From: an uncultured Acidobacteriaceae bacterium
Lineage (GTDB): Bacteria > Acidobacteriota > Terriglobia > Terriglobales > Acidobacteriaceae
Direction of reading: 5' to 3'
Length of the DNA: 64,000 nt
NCBI GenBank assembly: GCA_963713465.1
Contig: CAVQLZ010000019.1
Coordinates: 720,945 to 784,944 of the forward strand
Part shown: positions 8,097 through 17,282 of the stretch, in pieces
How positions within the stretch are numbered: the first letter of the stretch is position 1
How the letters are laid out: each line of letters begins with the position of its first letter
The notes under the pieces: generated by a model
Told to the model about the DNA's origin: nothing
Databases searched by the model: none
The model's input: the letters and a program-made list of their open reading frames with translations, nothing else
Made by a program: the position numbers and the translations under genes

Positions 8097-9368
8097 CTGA
8101 ACATCTCGCAATCCTCAAGCAAGGGGTCGAGCAATGGAATGAGTGGAGGAGACCAACCCGACGCGCACCTTTGGTGACGATGTCATTCTCGAGTTCGCGG
8201 AAGTGATCCGCACTACGGGGCTGGGCAGCCGATTCAGAGATAGCCAAGCGCAGACTTCAGTGGGGCGGATCTGCGCAGACGATCTCGCCGAGCGAAGCTG
8301 AGGGGGCCAACTTCGACGGGCGAACCTCAGTGAGGCGAACTTCGCTCAGGCTGACCTAGTGGGGCCGCTTCACTGACGGCAACCTCAGCTTGACGGATTT
8401 CAGCGAGGCCAACCTGGAGAGGGCGAGGCTCGGCGGGGCGAAGCTGCATGCGGCGAACCTCACCGGGCGAACCTATTTTGCGCGAACCTCTACGGGGCGG
8501 AGCTCATGCGGCGAACCTCAGCGGGGCCGAACCTCGCCGAGGCGAACCTCTCATCGCGACCTTAGCGAAACTCCCTTCGCGGGACGGCTCTCCGGGGCAG
8601 ACCTGTGCGGGGCTGATTTCACCAAGGCAACCATCGTTCGAAACCAATTTCGCCGACGTCGATCTGAGCACCGCCAAAGGCTGGAAACCGTCTGTGCACC
8701 GCGGGCCCTCCACGATCGGCATCGACACGATCTACAAATCCCACGGCAAGATTCCCGAAGTCTTCCTGCGCGGCTGCGGCGTTCCGGAGGAGTTCATTCG
8801 CTACATCGGGTCAATGGTGGGGCGGCCCATCGAGTTCTACTCCTGCTTCATCAGCTATTCGACCAAAGACCAGGAGTTTGCCGACAGGCTATACGCCGAT
8901 CTGCAAAACAAGGGCGTGCGCTGCTGGTTTGCGCCGCACGACATCCAGGGCGGGCGCAAGCTGCACGAGCAGATTGACGAGGCCATCCGCCTGCATGACA
9001 AGCTGCTGCTCATCCTCTCCGAGCACAGCATGAACAGCGAGTGGGTGAAGAACCGAAAGGCGCGCAAACGCGAGGCGAGGAAACGCGGAAAAGTCCCACT
9101 GAACCGAACCGACGGTGAGTGGGGCATCAAGAAACCGATGTTGTTTCCTGTATACTCTGGTGCCGTACGATCCGGTGGTCAAGGACTGGGAGTGCTTCGA
9201 TCGGATACGGGTAAGGATTCCGCGCGGGAAATTCGGGAGTACTACATCCCCGATTTCAGCAGTTGGAAGGAGCACGATTCGTATCAGAAGGCGTTCGAGC
9301 GGCTGGTGGGGGACTTGAAAGCGGAAACCAAGAGTCGCCGCCGGCTGGAAGCCGGCTCGCATTTCTGA
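8097..9368 (+). pseudogene. pentapeptide-repeat / TIR-domain protein, multiply frameshifted
   Basis: The N-terminus MANPEHLAILKQGVEQWNEWRR is typical of pentapeptide-repeat proteins. ANLSEANF/ANLTG-type repeats are spread over three frames (8240-8650). A TIR core FYSCFISYSTKDQEFADRLYADLQNKGVRCWFAPHDIQGGRKLHEQIDEAIRLHDKLLLILSEHSMNSEWV is followed by two more frame changes (LVPYDPVVKDWECFD is in another frame at about 9150-9195). Confidence 0.8.
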
Positions 9369-9369
9369 T

Positions 9370-9800
9370 TAAATCGCGGACGAACCGCAGGGCTCTCGGC
9401 TGCGCTCGGGATGACAAGCAAGAAAAACGCTCGCGATGACAAGCAAGAAAGCACGAGCTGACAACCGGAGCTCGGTGCGCAATCGAAAAGGGCGAAAACC
9501 CCGCTCAAGCGTTCGCTGTCGAGCGCCGGGCGAACAGCAGGTCCCTCCACTCCGTCCGCCGCGGCGGACTCCGGTCGGGATGACAATCTTCGAGTTCGCG
9601 CGGCGTTTGGGAGCAGGCCAGCATCGGCTTGCTGCGGGCGAACCGCAGATCCCTCCACTCCGCGCCCGCCGACTCGTCCGCCGCGGCGGACGAGTCGGAA
9701 AAGCACGCGCGGGCGCTCCGGTCGGGATGACAATCAAGAAAAAACGGGATGACAACCAAGACAGGCGCGAAAATCCCCGCTCAAGCTTCGCTTGAACGGG
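9370..9800. repeat. dense cluster of family C repeat units (at least 3 units ending in gggatgacaa, plus fragments)
   Basis: Units gcgaac(c/a)gcag(g/a)(g/t)c(c/t)ctc...cgggatgacaa end at about 9417, 9587 and 9733. The last unit contains the hairpin ccgactcgtccgcc-gcggcggacgagtcgg. Confidence 0.8.
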
Positions 9801-9858
9801 GCACCCGGCACCCGGACATCTCACATGCCCGGACTATCTCACGTCACCCCGGACAACT

Positions 9859-10908
9859 TCACATGGTCAGGACGACGCGAAATTCGGCTTTGCCGCTCAT
9901 CATTCGGGCGTAGGCCTCGGCTGCTTTTTCCAAGGGATAGGTTTCGATCATGGGACGCACGCCGCTCAGTTCGGCGAAGCGCAGCGTGTCCTCGGAATCG
10001 GCCGGCGTGCCCGAGGCCCAGCCTTGAATGGTGCGCATGTTGCTAATGAGCTGTAGCGGCGTGACCTCGATGGGATCAAAGGTTGCGCCGACCACCATGA
10101 GCTTGCCATTGGCGGCCAGGCCGTCGATCAGCTCGGACATGGCTTTCGAACTGGGAGCGGTCGCCAGGACTACCTTTGCGCCGCCCAGCTTTTGCAATTC
10201 CTCGGCCGGCTTGGTGGCCTGGCTATCGATGTACACGCTGGCGCCGAGTTTCCTGGCCAGCGCCGCGTTTTCGGGGCCGCGCCCGATCGCCGCAACCTTG
10301 TAACCGAACTTGTTGGCGAATTGAATTCCGAGATGGCCGAGGCCGCCGACGCCCAGCACCGCAACCAGGTCGCCGGGCATCGCGCCACTGTGGCGCAGCG
10401 CGTTGTAGGTGGTGATTCCGGCGCAGAGCAGCGGCGCCGCTTCGGCGTCTTTCAGGCTGTCGGGGATCGCCGCCAGCGCCTCGACGGGCGCGATCATGTA
10501 TTGCTGGTATCCGCCGTCATAGCTGATGCCGGAAATCTTCAGGTTCTCGCAATTGATGAAATCTCCGCGGCGGCACTGGCGACACGTGTTGTCCTGGCCG
10601 CCATGCCAGCCGACGCCGACACGCTGGCCTTTCTTCCACACGGAAACACCGGCGCCCACTTCGTCGATGATGCCTGCGACTTCATGGCCGGGAATGCGGG
10701 GATACTGAATTCCGGGCCACGCGCCTTCGACCGTCAGCACGTCACTGTGGCAGACGCCGCAGGCCTGCACCTTGATGCGGACTTGTCCGGCGCCGGGCTC
10801 GGGAATCTGGCGCTCGACGATCTCGAAGCCTGCTCCCGGCTTGGAAATCTGCGCCACTGTCATTTGTCGTTTTGTCTTCGGTACTGCTGCGAGTGGTCTG
10901 GTTGCCAT
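9859..10908 (-). CDS. zinc-dependent alcohol dehydrogenase (MDR family)
   Basis: GVCHSD...GHE zinc motif, a structural-zinc Cys cluster (CRQCRRGDFINC) and GVGGLGH Rossmann motif. AGGAGG lies 4 nt upstream of the ATG at 10908. Confidence 0.9.
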   Translation of the reverse strand: MATRPLAAVPKTKRQMTVAQISKPGAGFEIVERQIPEPGAGQVRIKVQACGVCHSDVLTVEGAWPGIQYPRIPGHEVAGIIDEVGAGVSVWKKGQRVGVGWHGGQDNTCRQCRRGDFINCENLKISGISYDGGYQQYMIAPVEALAAIPDSLKDAEAAPLLCAGITTYNALRHSGAMPGDLVAVLGVGGLGHLGIQFANKFGYKVAAIGRGPENAALARKLGASVYIDSQATKPAEELQKLGGAKVVLATAPSSKAMSELIDGLAANGKLMVVGATFDPIEVTPLQLISNMRTIQGWASGTPADSEDTLRFAELSGVRPMIETYPLEKAAEAYARMMSGKAEFRVVLTM

Positions 10909-11102
10909 AAATCCTCCTATGAATTTTCAGCCGTGGTTGAAATGGAATCGTGTAAGTAGCTGGTCCGAGAGGCAGCGCCAAGAAGACGCTTGGCCGGGAA
11001 GATGCCGCAGGGTGAGGACAGGATTCGTCAAAAGCAGTGGGCCGGAAATCGACAACATGAGGCAGGACGGCCCGCTCTACTTGAGAAGGCCGACCCGAAA
11101 CA

Positions 11103-11633
11103 TCACTTCGCTGGGGCGTAGAAGTAGTAGTCGGCGGTGTAAGGGCTCTTGACTTCGACGTTCAGTTTGGCGGCGGTGCAATCGGCGGCGGGCGGCGCGA
11201 CTCCGCCCGCGGTGTGAATGCGCTGGATGGTGGTGACGCGGCTGAGCGCGCCGTTGCCGCTATGAGCGGTGACCGCCACGAGAACCCAGGGAACAGCGTC
11301 TGGGGTGGGTGCATCGACGCGGGCCCCAGGTTTGCCCGTGACTTCACTGCCGTCGTTGAGCTTCCATGCAGGACCGGCAAAGTGCCTGCCGATGACCGCT
11401 CCCTGCGCGTCGTGCAGTTCGGCGTCCGGGGCCTTCAGTGTCCAGGCCGGCTGACCGTCCGTTCCGGCCTGGCAGACGTAAATTTGCGAACCTGAGGCGT
11501 GCGTCACCAGGACAACTTCCTCGCCGGCGGGCGCCTTGATTTTGTCGGGGACGTCGGGACGCGGGATGGCTTGTCCGGCGGCGGAGGTGACGGTTGCGAG
11601 CAGAAGGGCGATGGGCAGCAGTTTGGTAATCAC
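11103..11633 (-). CDS. DUF3455-like secreted protein
   Basis: Signal peptide, GSQIYVC...W.LK.P.A.L......G.HF.GP.W and a C-terminal Y.ADYYFY pattern. GTG start. Confidence 0.75.
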   Translation of the reverse strand: MITKLLPIALLLATVTSAAGQAIPRPDVPDKIKAPAGEEVVLVTHASGSQIYVCQAGTDGQPAWTLKAPDAELHDAQGAVIGRHFAGPAWKLNDGSEVTGKPGARVDAPTPDAVPWVLVAVTAHSGNGALSRVTTIQRIHTAGGVAPPAADCTAAKLNVEVKSPYTADYYFYAPAK

Positions 11634-11678
11634 GGGCAGAAGTTTAGCACCTGGTGAGAGCAGTCATTCGAAAGCCAC

Positions 11679-11849
11679 GATGAGTGGGACACCCGTCGAG
11701 ACCGGATTCGTCTCCCATCCTAGCCAAAAGAAAGCTAGGATGGGGCACCCACGTCGTAGCCGCAGACCCACTCATCCCAAACGATGGGATGGGTGGGGCA
11801 CCCGCACCATCCCAGGTTAGCCCAAAAGATGGGCGAACCTGGGGCACCC
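11679..11849. repeat. tandem array of hairpin + GGGGCACCC units (family B)
   Basis: Units at 11679-11694 (partial), 11714-11750, 11767-11803 and 11811-11849. They use three different stems, and each unit ends in gg(g/a)caccc. Confidence 0.8.
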
Positions 11850-11850
11850 A

Positions 11851-13638
11851 TTACTTAATGTTCAGGGTGATGATCTGCGAACCGGTGACTACGTAATCCA
11901 CCGGGGTCGCGGCTTCGTCCACGGCCGATTCGCCGACGACGACCATGTCCTGGGTGCCGCGCATGCCGTCCATCACGTTCATGACCGAGAGCGGCAGCGT
12001 CGGCATCACCTTGTCTTCGACCATGGCCTGGGGATTGTTCTCCAGGAGCGAGACGTAGACTTCGGAGTTGCTATGCTCCTTGTTGAGAAGGGCGATGGTT
12101 GAGCCGAGGTCGAGGTGATGGCTCATGGGGCCGGTGACGCGATGGGTCTTGTCGAGGGTCTCGCCGTCGCTGACCAAGATGCGCAGCGTGCCACGCGGCG
12201 TTGAGGTTGGAATCTTGACCGGAATGTTGCGCACGATGCTCTCGCCACGATAGGGCTTGAGCAGCGTCTCAATGGTGATCTGGTCGCCGGGACGGGCTTC
12301 GGTGACGTCGGTGCGCGCGGTCTCCAGGCGCGCCGAGCGGCGGTCAGGCACGAGATTGAAGTTCAACTCCACGCCTTCGATCTTCGGCGTCTCGTAGGGA
12401 TTTTCGAAGATGCGGCTGAAGTGTTCACCGATAGCGAGCGCGATCTCATACGCTGTGGGAGTTGAGCCGTCGGCGGGCGCATACATGTTCTTCACGCTGA
12501 GCTTGGGATAGCCGAGCACGGAGATGTCGCCCTGCAGGCGGTACGTCGTGTCCTCACCGTATTCGTTGATTCCCTGGATGGCGTTGAAGACGGTGGCCAT
12601 CATGGCCGGGGGCGTGAGCTTGGCGTTATTCAGCACCTCGTAATGGAACTGCTTGGGATGGGAGATGCCGCTGAAGGTGAGGGTCACGGGGATCATGTGC
12701 GGCTGACGATCGAAGCGGCCCATGATGCCGGCGCGGCGGTCCTGCACGAACGCGCCCACGGTCTCGGTGCTGTTGACGATCTTGAACGAGCTTTGCTCGG
12801 AAGGCAGCGTGGCCAGCACGGTGGCCTTCGTCATCGGCATATCGACATTGCCGGATTGCATCAGCGGATGGCCGCAAGCCAGCAGGTGCGAGTCGTCAAG
12901 ATAGGTGACGGTGCAGGTGCCAGCGATGTTCATGTCGCCGCGGACAAGGATGGCGCTGACGGCGGAGCCGGGCACGAGCGGCTCCGGCTGCTTGTCGTCG
13001 CTGACCGAGCCCGCGCCCATCACCGGCATGATGCCGGCGGAGGCGAAATCCTTGCCGAAGAGGCGAAGCGTGTCGGGCCTAAAACCGGTGAAGACCAGTG
13101 GCGTGTCGATGGGGTGCAGCAGGTTCGCGTACGGCGATTCTGACGCCGCGTCGGGCGGCGCGATGCCGGGGCCGGAGGTCTGCGATACCGGCTGCTTGTC
13201 AGGCACGCCACGCTGCGAAACATCCGACGAGACGGACTTCTCAATGCTGTTGATCTCGAGCATCTGCGCGGCGGGCGTGATGCCGCAGATGGGCTCCTTG
13301 GAGAACTCGCCGATGCGATAGGCGATGGCGCCCACCAGTTTGCCGTCAATGTAAACCGGGCTGCCGCTCATGCCGGCGACGACGCCGGTGTACTCCACGT
13401 GCTTGCCGTGCAGGCGCGCCAGGATAACGTCCGCCTTGGGGCCGGCCATGTCGCGCAGCACACCCAGAATCTCGACATCCATGGCCTCGGGCTGAGTGCC
13501 TTCGAAGACGGTGTAGGCCACGCCGTGCATGCCGGTTTTGACGTCATCTTCGGGCATGAGGGCGGCTTTGGGCTGAACGGCGAATGACGCAAGACTAACC
13601 AGGCAGACGGCGAGCGCGGCGATGGCGCGATAGAGCAT
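11851..13638 (-). CDS. SpoIVB-like peptidase S55 domain protein
   Basis: GMSGSPVYIDGKLVGAIAY serine-protease motif and a signal peptide from the ATG at 13638. The ORF also allows TTG at 13665. Confidence 0.75.
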   Translation of the reverse strand: MLYRAIAALAVCLVSLASFAVQPKAALMPEDDVKTGMHGVAYTVFEGTQPEAMDVEILGVLRDMAGPKADVILARLHGKHVEYTGVVAGMSGSPVYIDGKLVGAIAYRIGEFSKEPICGITPAAQMLEINSIEKSVSSDVSQRGVPDKQPVSQTSGPGIAPPDAASESPYANLLHPIDTPLVFTGFRPDTLRLFGKDFASAGIMPVMGAGSVSDDKQPEPLVPGSAVSAILVRGDMNIAGTCTVTYLDDSHLLACGHPLMQSGNVDMPMTKATVLATLPSEQSSFKIVNSTETVGAFVQDRRAGIMGRFDRQPHMIPVTLTFSGISHPKQFHYEVLNNAKLTPPAMMATVFNAIQGINEYGEDTTYRLQGDISVLGYPKLSVKNMYAPADGSTPTAYEIALAIGEHFSRIFENPYETPKIEGVELNFNLVPDRRSARLETARTDVTEARPGDQITIETLLKPYRGESIVRNIPVKIPTSTPRGTLRILVSDGETLDKTHRVTGPMSHHLDLGSTIALLNKEHSNSEVYVSLLENNPQAMVEDKVMPTLPLSVMNVMDGMRGTQDMVVVGESAVDEAATPVDYVVTGSQIITLNIK

Positions 13639-13791
13639 TTCCCTGTCCTTGGCCCGGCTCGGCAACCGGGAACTTCAGCCTTGCTATCCCAACCGGGGTA
13701 GACGCACGTCTAACGTGTAGCCGGCCCACATCGATCAGAGAAGCTGAAATTGCATTTATACTAGCAGACAGTCCGGCCTAAGAGGCACCCG

Positions 13792-14997
13792 ATGTATCGT
13801 GACAATCACTTAAAGTCTCCCAGTAAATCACCTGTGATCTCTAGTCCCTTTGGTGTTGCGCTCGCGACGTTAGTGGCGTTGCTGGTTCTGAGCTCGATTC
13901 CGGCGTTGGCCCAGTCGGATAGCGGGACCGGGGCGCAGAACCAGTCGCAGCAGGACCAGGTCCCGGCCGCCGCGGGCGGTCCCACCGGCGAATCGGGTCC
14001 GATCGCCGTACCCAAGAAAAATGGCGATGAGGCTCCGCCGCCGCCGCCGAAGCCCAAGGCGCCCCCTGACCAGCCGGAGTATTCGCTGCATGTGAACGTC
14101 CCGGTGGTCACCCTTGACGCACACGTCATGGGCAAAGACGGACGCCCGCTCGCGCTGCCGCTCGATGTGGTGCAGGAGCACTTCAAAGTGTGGGAGGACG
14201 GCGTCCCGCAGAAGATCCAGAGCGTGACCATCAGCAAAGCGCCGATCACTGCGTTGCTGCTGGTGGAGTTCGCCGCCACGAATTACAACTTCATGTACGA
14301 CGCGCTGAACTCCTCCTACGTCTTCGCCAGCCAATTGCAACCGCAGGATTGGGTAGCGGTGGCGTCGTTCGACATCAAGCCGCACATCATTGTCGATTTC
14401 ACCCAGGACAAGCAGGCGATCTTCGGCGCGCTGAATACCTTGCGCATTCCGGGATTCAAAGAGACGGACATCTTCGACGCGATGTATGACATGCTCGACC
14501 GCCTGGATCGCGTTCCCGGGCACAAGGAACTGGTGGTGGTCGCCAGCGGACGCGATACCTTCAGCAAGCTGAACCTGGACGAGATCCTCAAGAAAATCAA
14601 GTCCACGCCGAATGTGACGATTTACACGATCTGTACCGGCGAAGCTTTCCTGGAGATGGCGTCGACTGGCAATAACACGTCATGGCAGCTGGATTATCTG
14701 CAGGCCAAGAACCAGATGAACGCCTTCGCCAAGATGACGGGCGGCCGCTCGTATTCGCCGCGTCTGCTGGGCGAGCTGCCGGACATCTTTCGCGAAGTGG
14801 CGGGCGCCATTCGCGACCAGTACACGATTAGCTACAAGCCGACCAATACCAAGCAGGACGGTACCTATCGCAAGCTGAAAGTGGAACTGGTGGGGCCGGA
14901 CGACAAGCCGCTGATCATCAAGGACCAGAAGAACAAAGACATCAAGTACACCATCGTCGCGCGCGATGGCTATACGGCGAAGCACGAGGTGGAGTAG
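13792..14997 (+). CDS. VWA domain protein (acidobacterial VWFA type), paralog 1
   Basis: 401 aa. N-terminal anchor, Pro-rich linker and a VWA-like core. Highly similar to 15885-17072. Confidence 0.85.
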   Translation: MYRDNHLKSPSKSPVISSPFGVALATLVALLVLSSIPALAQSDSGTGAQNQSQQDQVPAAAGGPTGESGPIAVPKKNGDEAPPPPPKPKAPPDQPEYSLHVNVPVVTLDAHVMGKDGRPLALPLDVVQEHFKVWEDGVPQKIQSVTISKAPITALLLVEFAATNYNFMYDALNSSYVFASQLQPQDWVAVASFDIKPHIIVDFTQDKQAIFGALNTLRIPGFKETDIFDAMYDMLDRLDRVPGHKELVVVASGRDTFSKLNLDEILKKIKSTPNVTIYTICTGEAFLEMASTGNNTSWQLDYLQAKNQMNAFAKMTGGRSYSPRLLGELPDIFREVAGAIRDQYTISYKPTNTKQDGTYRKLKVELVGPDDKPLIIKDQKNKDIKYTIVARDGYTAKHEVE

Positions 14998-15018
14998 CCG
15001 CCCCGATGGCCGTGAGAA

Positions 15019-15624
15019 TCAGGGTTGCTCCTGGGCGGCGCTATCCGGCTTCGTCTCGCCTTTCTTCTCGGTAGGCGCCAACCCGACGGCGGGTGCGATT
15101 TTCTCCGCTTCCTTAAATTCCTTTTGTAGAGCGGGCAGATTCTTATTCGCCCAGTCGATCATGGCCTGGTTGTTCCCGGTCTTGGCTTCTTTCTTGATCT
15201 GCTCGAGGCTGGTCCGCTGGCTACTCAGCATCAGCTGCATGTAGGCCTTATCGAAGGCTTCACCGTGCAACTGCAAGAGCGATTCCAGGGTGGCCTGATA
15301 TTTCGGATCGATCTCTGTGGGCAGGCCGACGAACTGCTGGTTGGCAATGTCGGTCAAGGAAGAAGTCGCGTTGTAGTAGTCGAACAGGATCTGCCGGGCG
15401 AATGCCTTCACCTGTTCGCTGTGCGCGTTTTGCAGCGCCACGGTGGCGAGATGCATGGCCTCGAGACCTTCCTGCGAGGCCTTACCCATGAATTCCCGGT
15501 CCGCGGTCTGCACGCCTCCGTTGCCATTGGCGTAAAACTCGGCCGACTGGCTTTGGGCAAACGCGATTCCGGATAACAGCAGGGCCGCAGTCAATAGCAA
15601 AAAGCCACGTCTCAAAGCTCCCAT
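15019..15624 (-). CDS. DUF4142-like periplasmic protein
   Basis: Signal peptide from ATG 15624. Two helical repeats with the D..F......G...E......A pattern. Confidence 0.7.
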   Translation of the reverse strand: MGALRRGFLLLTAALLLSGIAFAQSQSAEFYANGNGGVQTADREFMGKASQEGLEAMHLATVALQNAHSEQVKAFARQILFDYYNATSSLTDIANQQFVGLPTEIDPKYQATLESLLQLHGEAFDKAYMQLMLSSQRTSLEQIKKEAKTGNNQAMIDWANKNLPALQKEFKEAEKIAPAVGLAPTEKKGETKPDSAAQEQP

Positions 15625-15884
15625 GTTCAGTAGTCCTTTCGTGCTAGGTGCAGAGTATGACTTTAGTCCTGTCCGGGTCAACAGGTTTGTCGCCGAACGA
15701 GAGACAATGGTTACATAGATCCCATTACCTCAAGTAATCGTATTCAGCCCGGATCTAACGCTGTTCACAACATTTACTCGGGCCAAAAGCGCTCATCAGC
15801 GTAAAGTGTAGACACTGCATCTGACGCATATGGCAGCGAGGGCGAAGCCTATTCGACAGGCAGCCTGCCCCAAGAGGCGCCCGG

Positions 15885-17072
15885 ATGTATGGTGACAATC
15901 GCTTGATCTTCCCCAGAAAACTACTTGTGTGCTGTCGCTCGGTTGCTATCGCGCTCGCCAGCTTAGCGGTAGTACTGCTTTCCTTGTCGCTCCCGGTATT
16001 CGCGCAATCGGAGAGCGGGAACGGCGCTCAGAACCAGTCGCAGCAGGACCAGGTCCCGGCCGCGGCCGGAGGTCCCACCGGCGAATCGGGACCGATCGCG
16101 GTGCCCAGGAAGAATGGAGATGAGGCTCCGCCTGCGCCGCCGAAGCCCAAGGCGCCCCCTGACCAGCCGGAGTATTCATTGCACGTCAACGTTCCAGTGG
16201 TCACTATCGACACGCATGTAATGGGCCAGGACGGCCGCCCGCTCGCGCTGCCGCTGGATGTGGTGCAGGAGCACTTCAAAGTATGGGAGGATGGGGTTCC
16301 GCAGAAGATCCAGAGCGTCAGCATCAGCAAAGCGCCGATCACCGCCGTGCTGCTAGTGGAGTTCGCTGCCACCAACTACAACTTCATGTACGACGCGCTG
16401 AACGCATCGTATGTGTTCGCCAGCAACCTGCAGCCGCAGGACTGGGTGGCGGTGGCGTCGTTCGACCTGAAGCCGCACATCATCGTCGACTTCACCCAGG
16501 ACAAGCAGGCGATCGTCGGGGCGCTGAATACGCTGCGCATTCCGGCATTCCAGGAAGTCGACCTCTTCGACGCGATGTATGACATGCTCGACCGCCTGGA
16601 CCGCGTTCCCGGGCGTAAAGAGCTGGTGGTAGTCGCCAGCGGACTCGACACCTTCAGCAAGGTGAATCTCGATCAAACCTACAAGAAAATCAAGGCGACA
16701 CCCAACGTGACCATCTACACCATCTGTACGGGGGAAGCATTGCTGGAGATGGGCGTTCCCAGCATCACGATGACGCAGGCGCAAAGCCAGATGAAATTTT
16801 TCGCGAAGATGACGGGCGGGCGTTCCTACGTGCCGCGCCTGTTGGGCGAACTGCCGGACATTTTTCGCGAAGTGACTGGCGCCATTCGCGACCAGTACAC
16901 CATTACCTACAAGCCGACCAACACCAGGCAGGACGGCACCTATCGCAAGCTGAAAGTGGAATTGGTGGGGCCGGATGACAAGCCGCTGGTCATCAAGGAC
17001 CAGAAGAACAAGGACATCAAGTACACCATCATCGCGCGCGATGGCTACACCGCAAAACACGAAGTGGAGTAG
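15885..17072 (+). CDS. VWA domain protein (acidobacterial VWFA type), paralog 2
   Basis: 395 aa. Collinear with paralog 1 except for the N-terminal anchor and a short indel near residue 290. Confidence 0.85.
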   Translation: MYGDNRLIFPRKLLVCCRSVAIALASLAVVLLSLSLPVFAQSESGNGAQNQSQQDQVPAAAGGPTGESGPIAVPRKNGDEAPPAPPKPKAPPDQPEYSLHVNVPVVTIDTHVMGQDGRPLALPLDVVQEHFKVWEDGVPQKIQSVSISKAPITAVLLVEFAATNYNFMYDALNASYVFASNLQPQDWVAVASFDLKPHIIVDFTQDKQAIVGALNTLRIPAFQEVDLFDAMYDMLDRLDRVPGRKELVVVASGLDTFSKVNLDQTYKKIKATPNVTIYTICTGEALLEMGVPSITMTQAQSQMKFFAKMTGGRSYVPRLLGELPDIFREVTGAIRDQYTITYKPTNTRQDGTYRKLKVELVGPDDKPLVIKDQKNKDIKYTIIARDGYTAKHEVE

Positions 17073-17144
17073 CGGCCGCAGTCGTCGGCGGCGCGCTTAA
17101 TCCCGCAACGGTCGAGTGCTAAAGCAGTTTCAGAATTGGTGTAT

Positions 17145-17282
17145 CCAGGTAGAGCGAGCCTTTAGGCTCGCGTTCGGTGGACCGCCGGAGATAGGTTTTG
17201 CATTCCGCTGCCTTCGCAGCGGAATGCAAAACCGAGAATCAGAGGCGGCCTTAACGCGGCGCTGAAGCGCCGCTCTACCAGG
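17145..17282. repeat. MITE-like composite palindromic element (family D)
   Basis: Terminal inverted repeat ccaggtagagcg / cgctctaccagg enclosing three internal hairpins (gagcc-ttta-ggctc, gcattccgctg-ccttcg-cagcggaatgc, gcggcgc-tgaa-gcgccgc). Confidence 0.6.

Noticed and set aside
7391-8134. 247-aa minus-strand ORF spanning the end of the split gene, the REP cluster and the start of the TIR pseudogene.
   Set aside because: It is antisense to better-supported reading frames. It crosses palindromic repeats, which read open in both directions. It has no motif.
8390-8977. ORF 8390-8977 (195 aa), considered as an independent gene.
   Set aside because: It is one of the alternative frames of the frameshifted pentapeptide-repeat region. 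Only short pieces (LSLTDFSEANLERARLGGAKLHAANLTG) look like genuine repeat translation.
9370-9800. Possible CRISPR array, suggested by repeated gatgacaa-containing units.
   Set aside because: The units differ in length and content, the spacing is irregular, and the sequences between repeats are themselves repeat fragments. No cas genes are nearby. The same units occur singly elsewhere in both orientations.
9284-9824. ORFs 9284-9733, 9369-9824, 9436-9795 and 9505-9759, considered as proteins.
   Set aside because: All are translations of the family C repeat cluster in different frames and strands.
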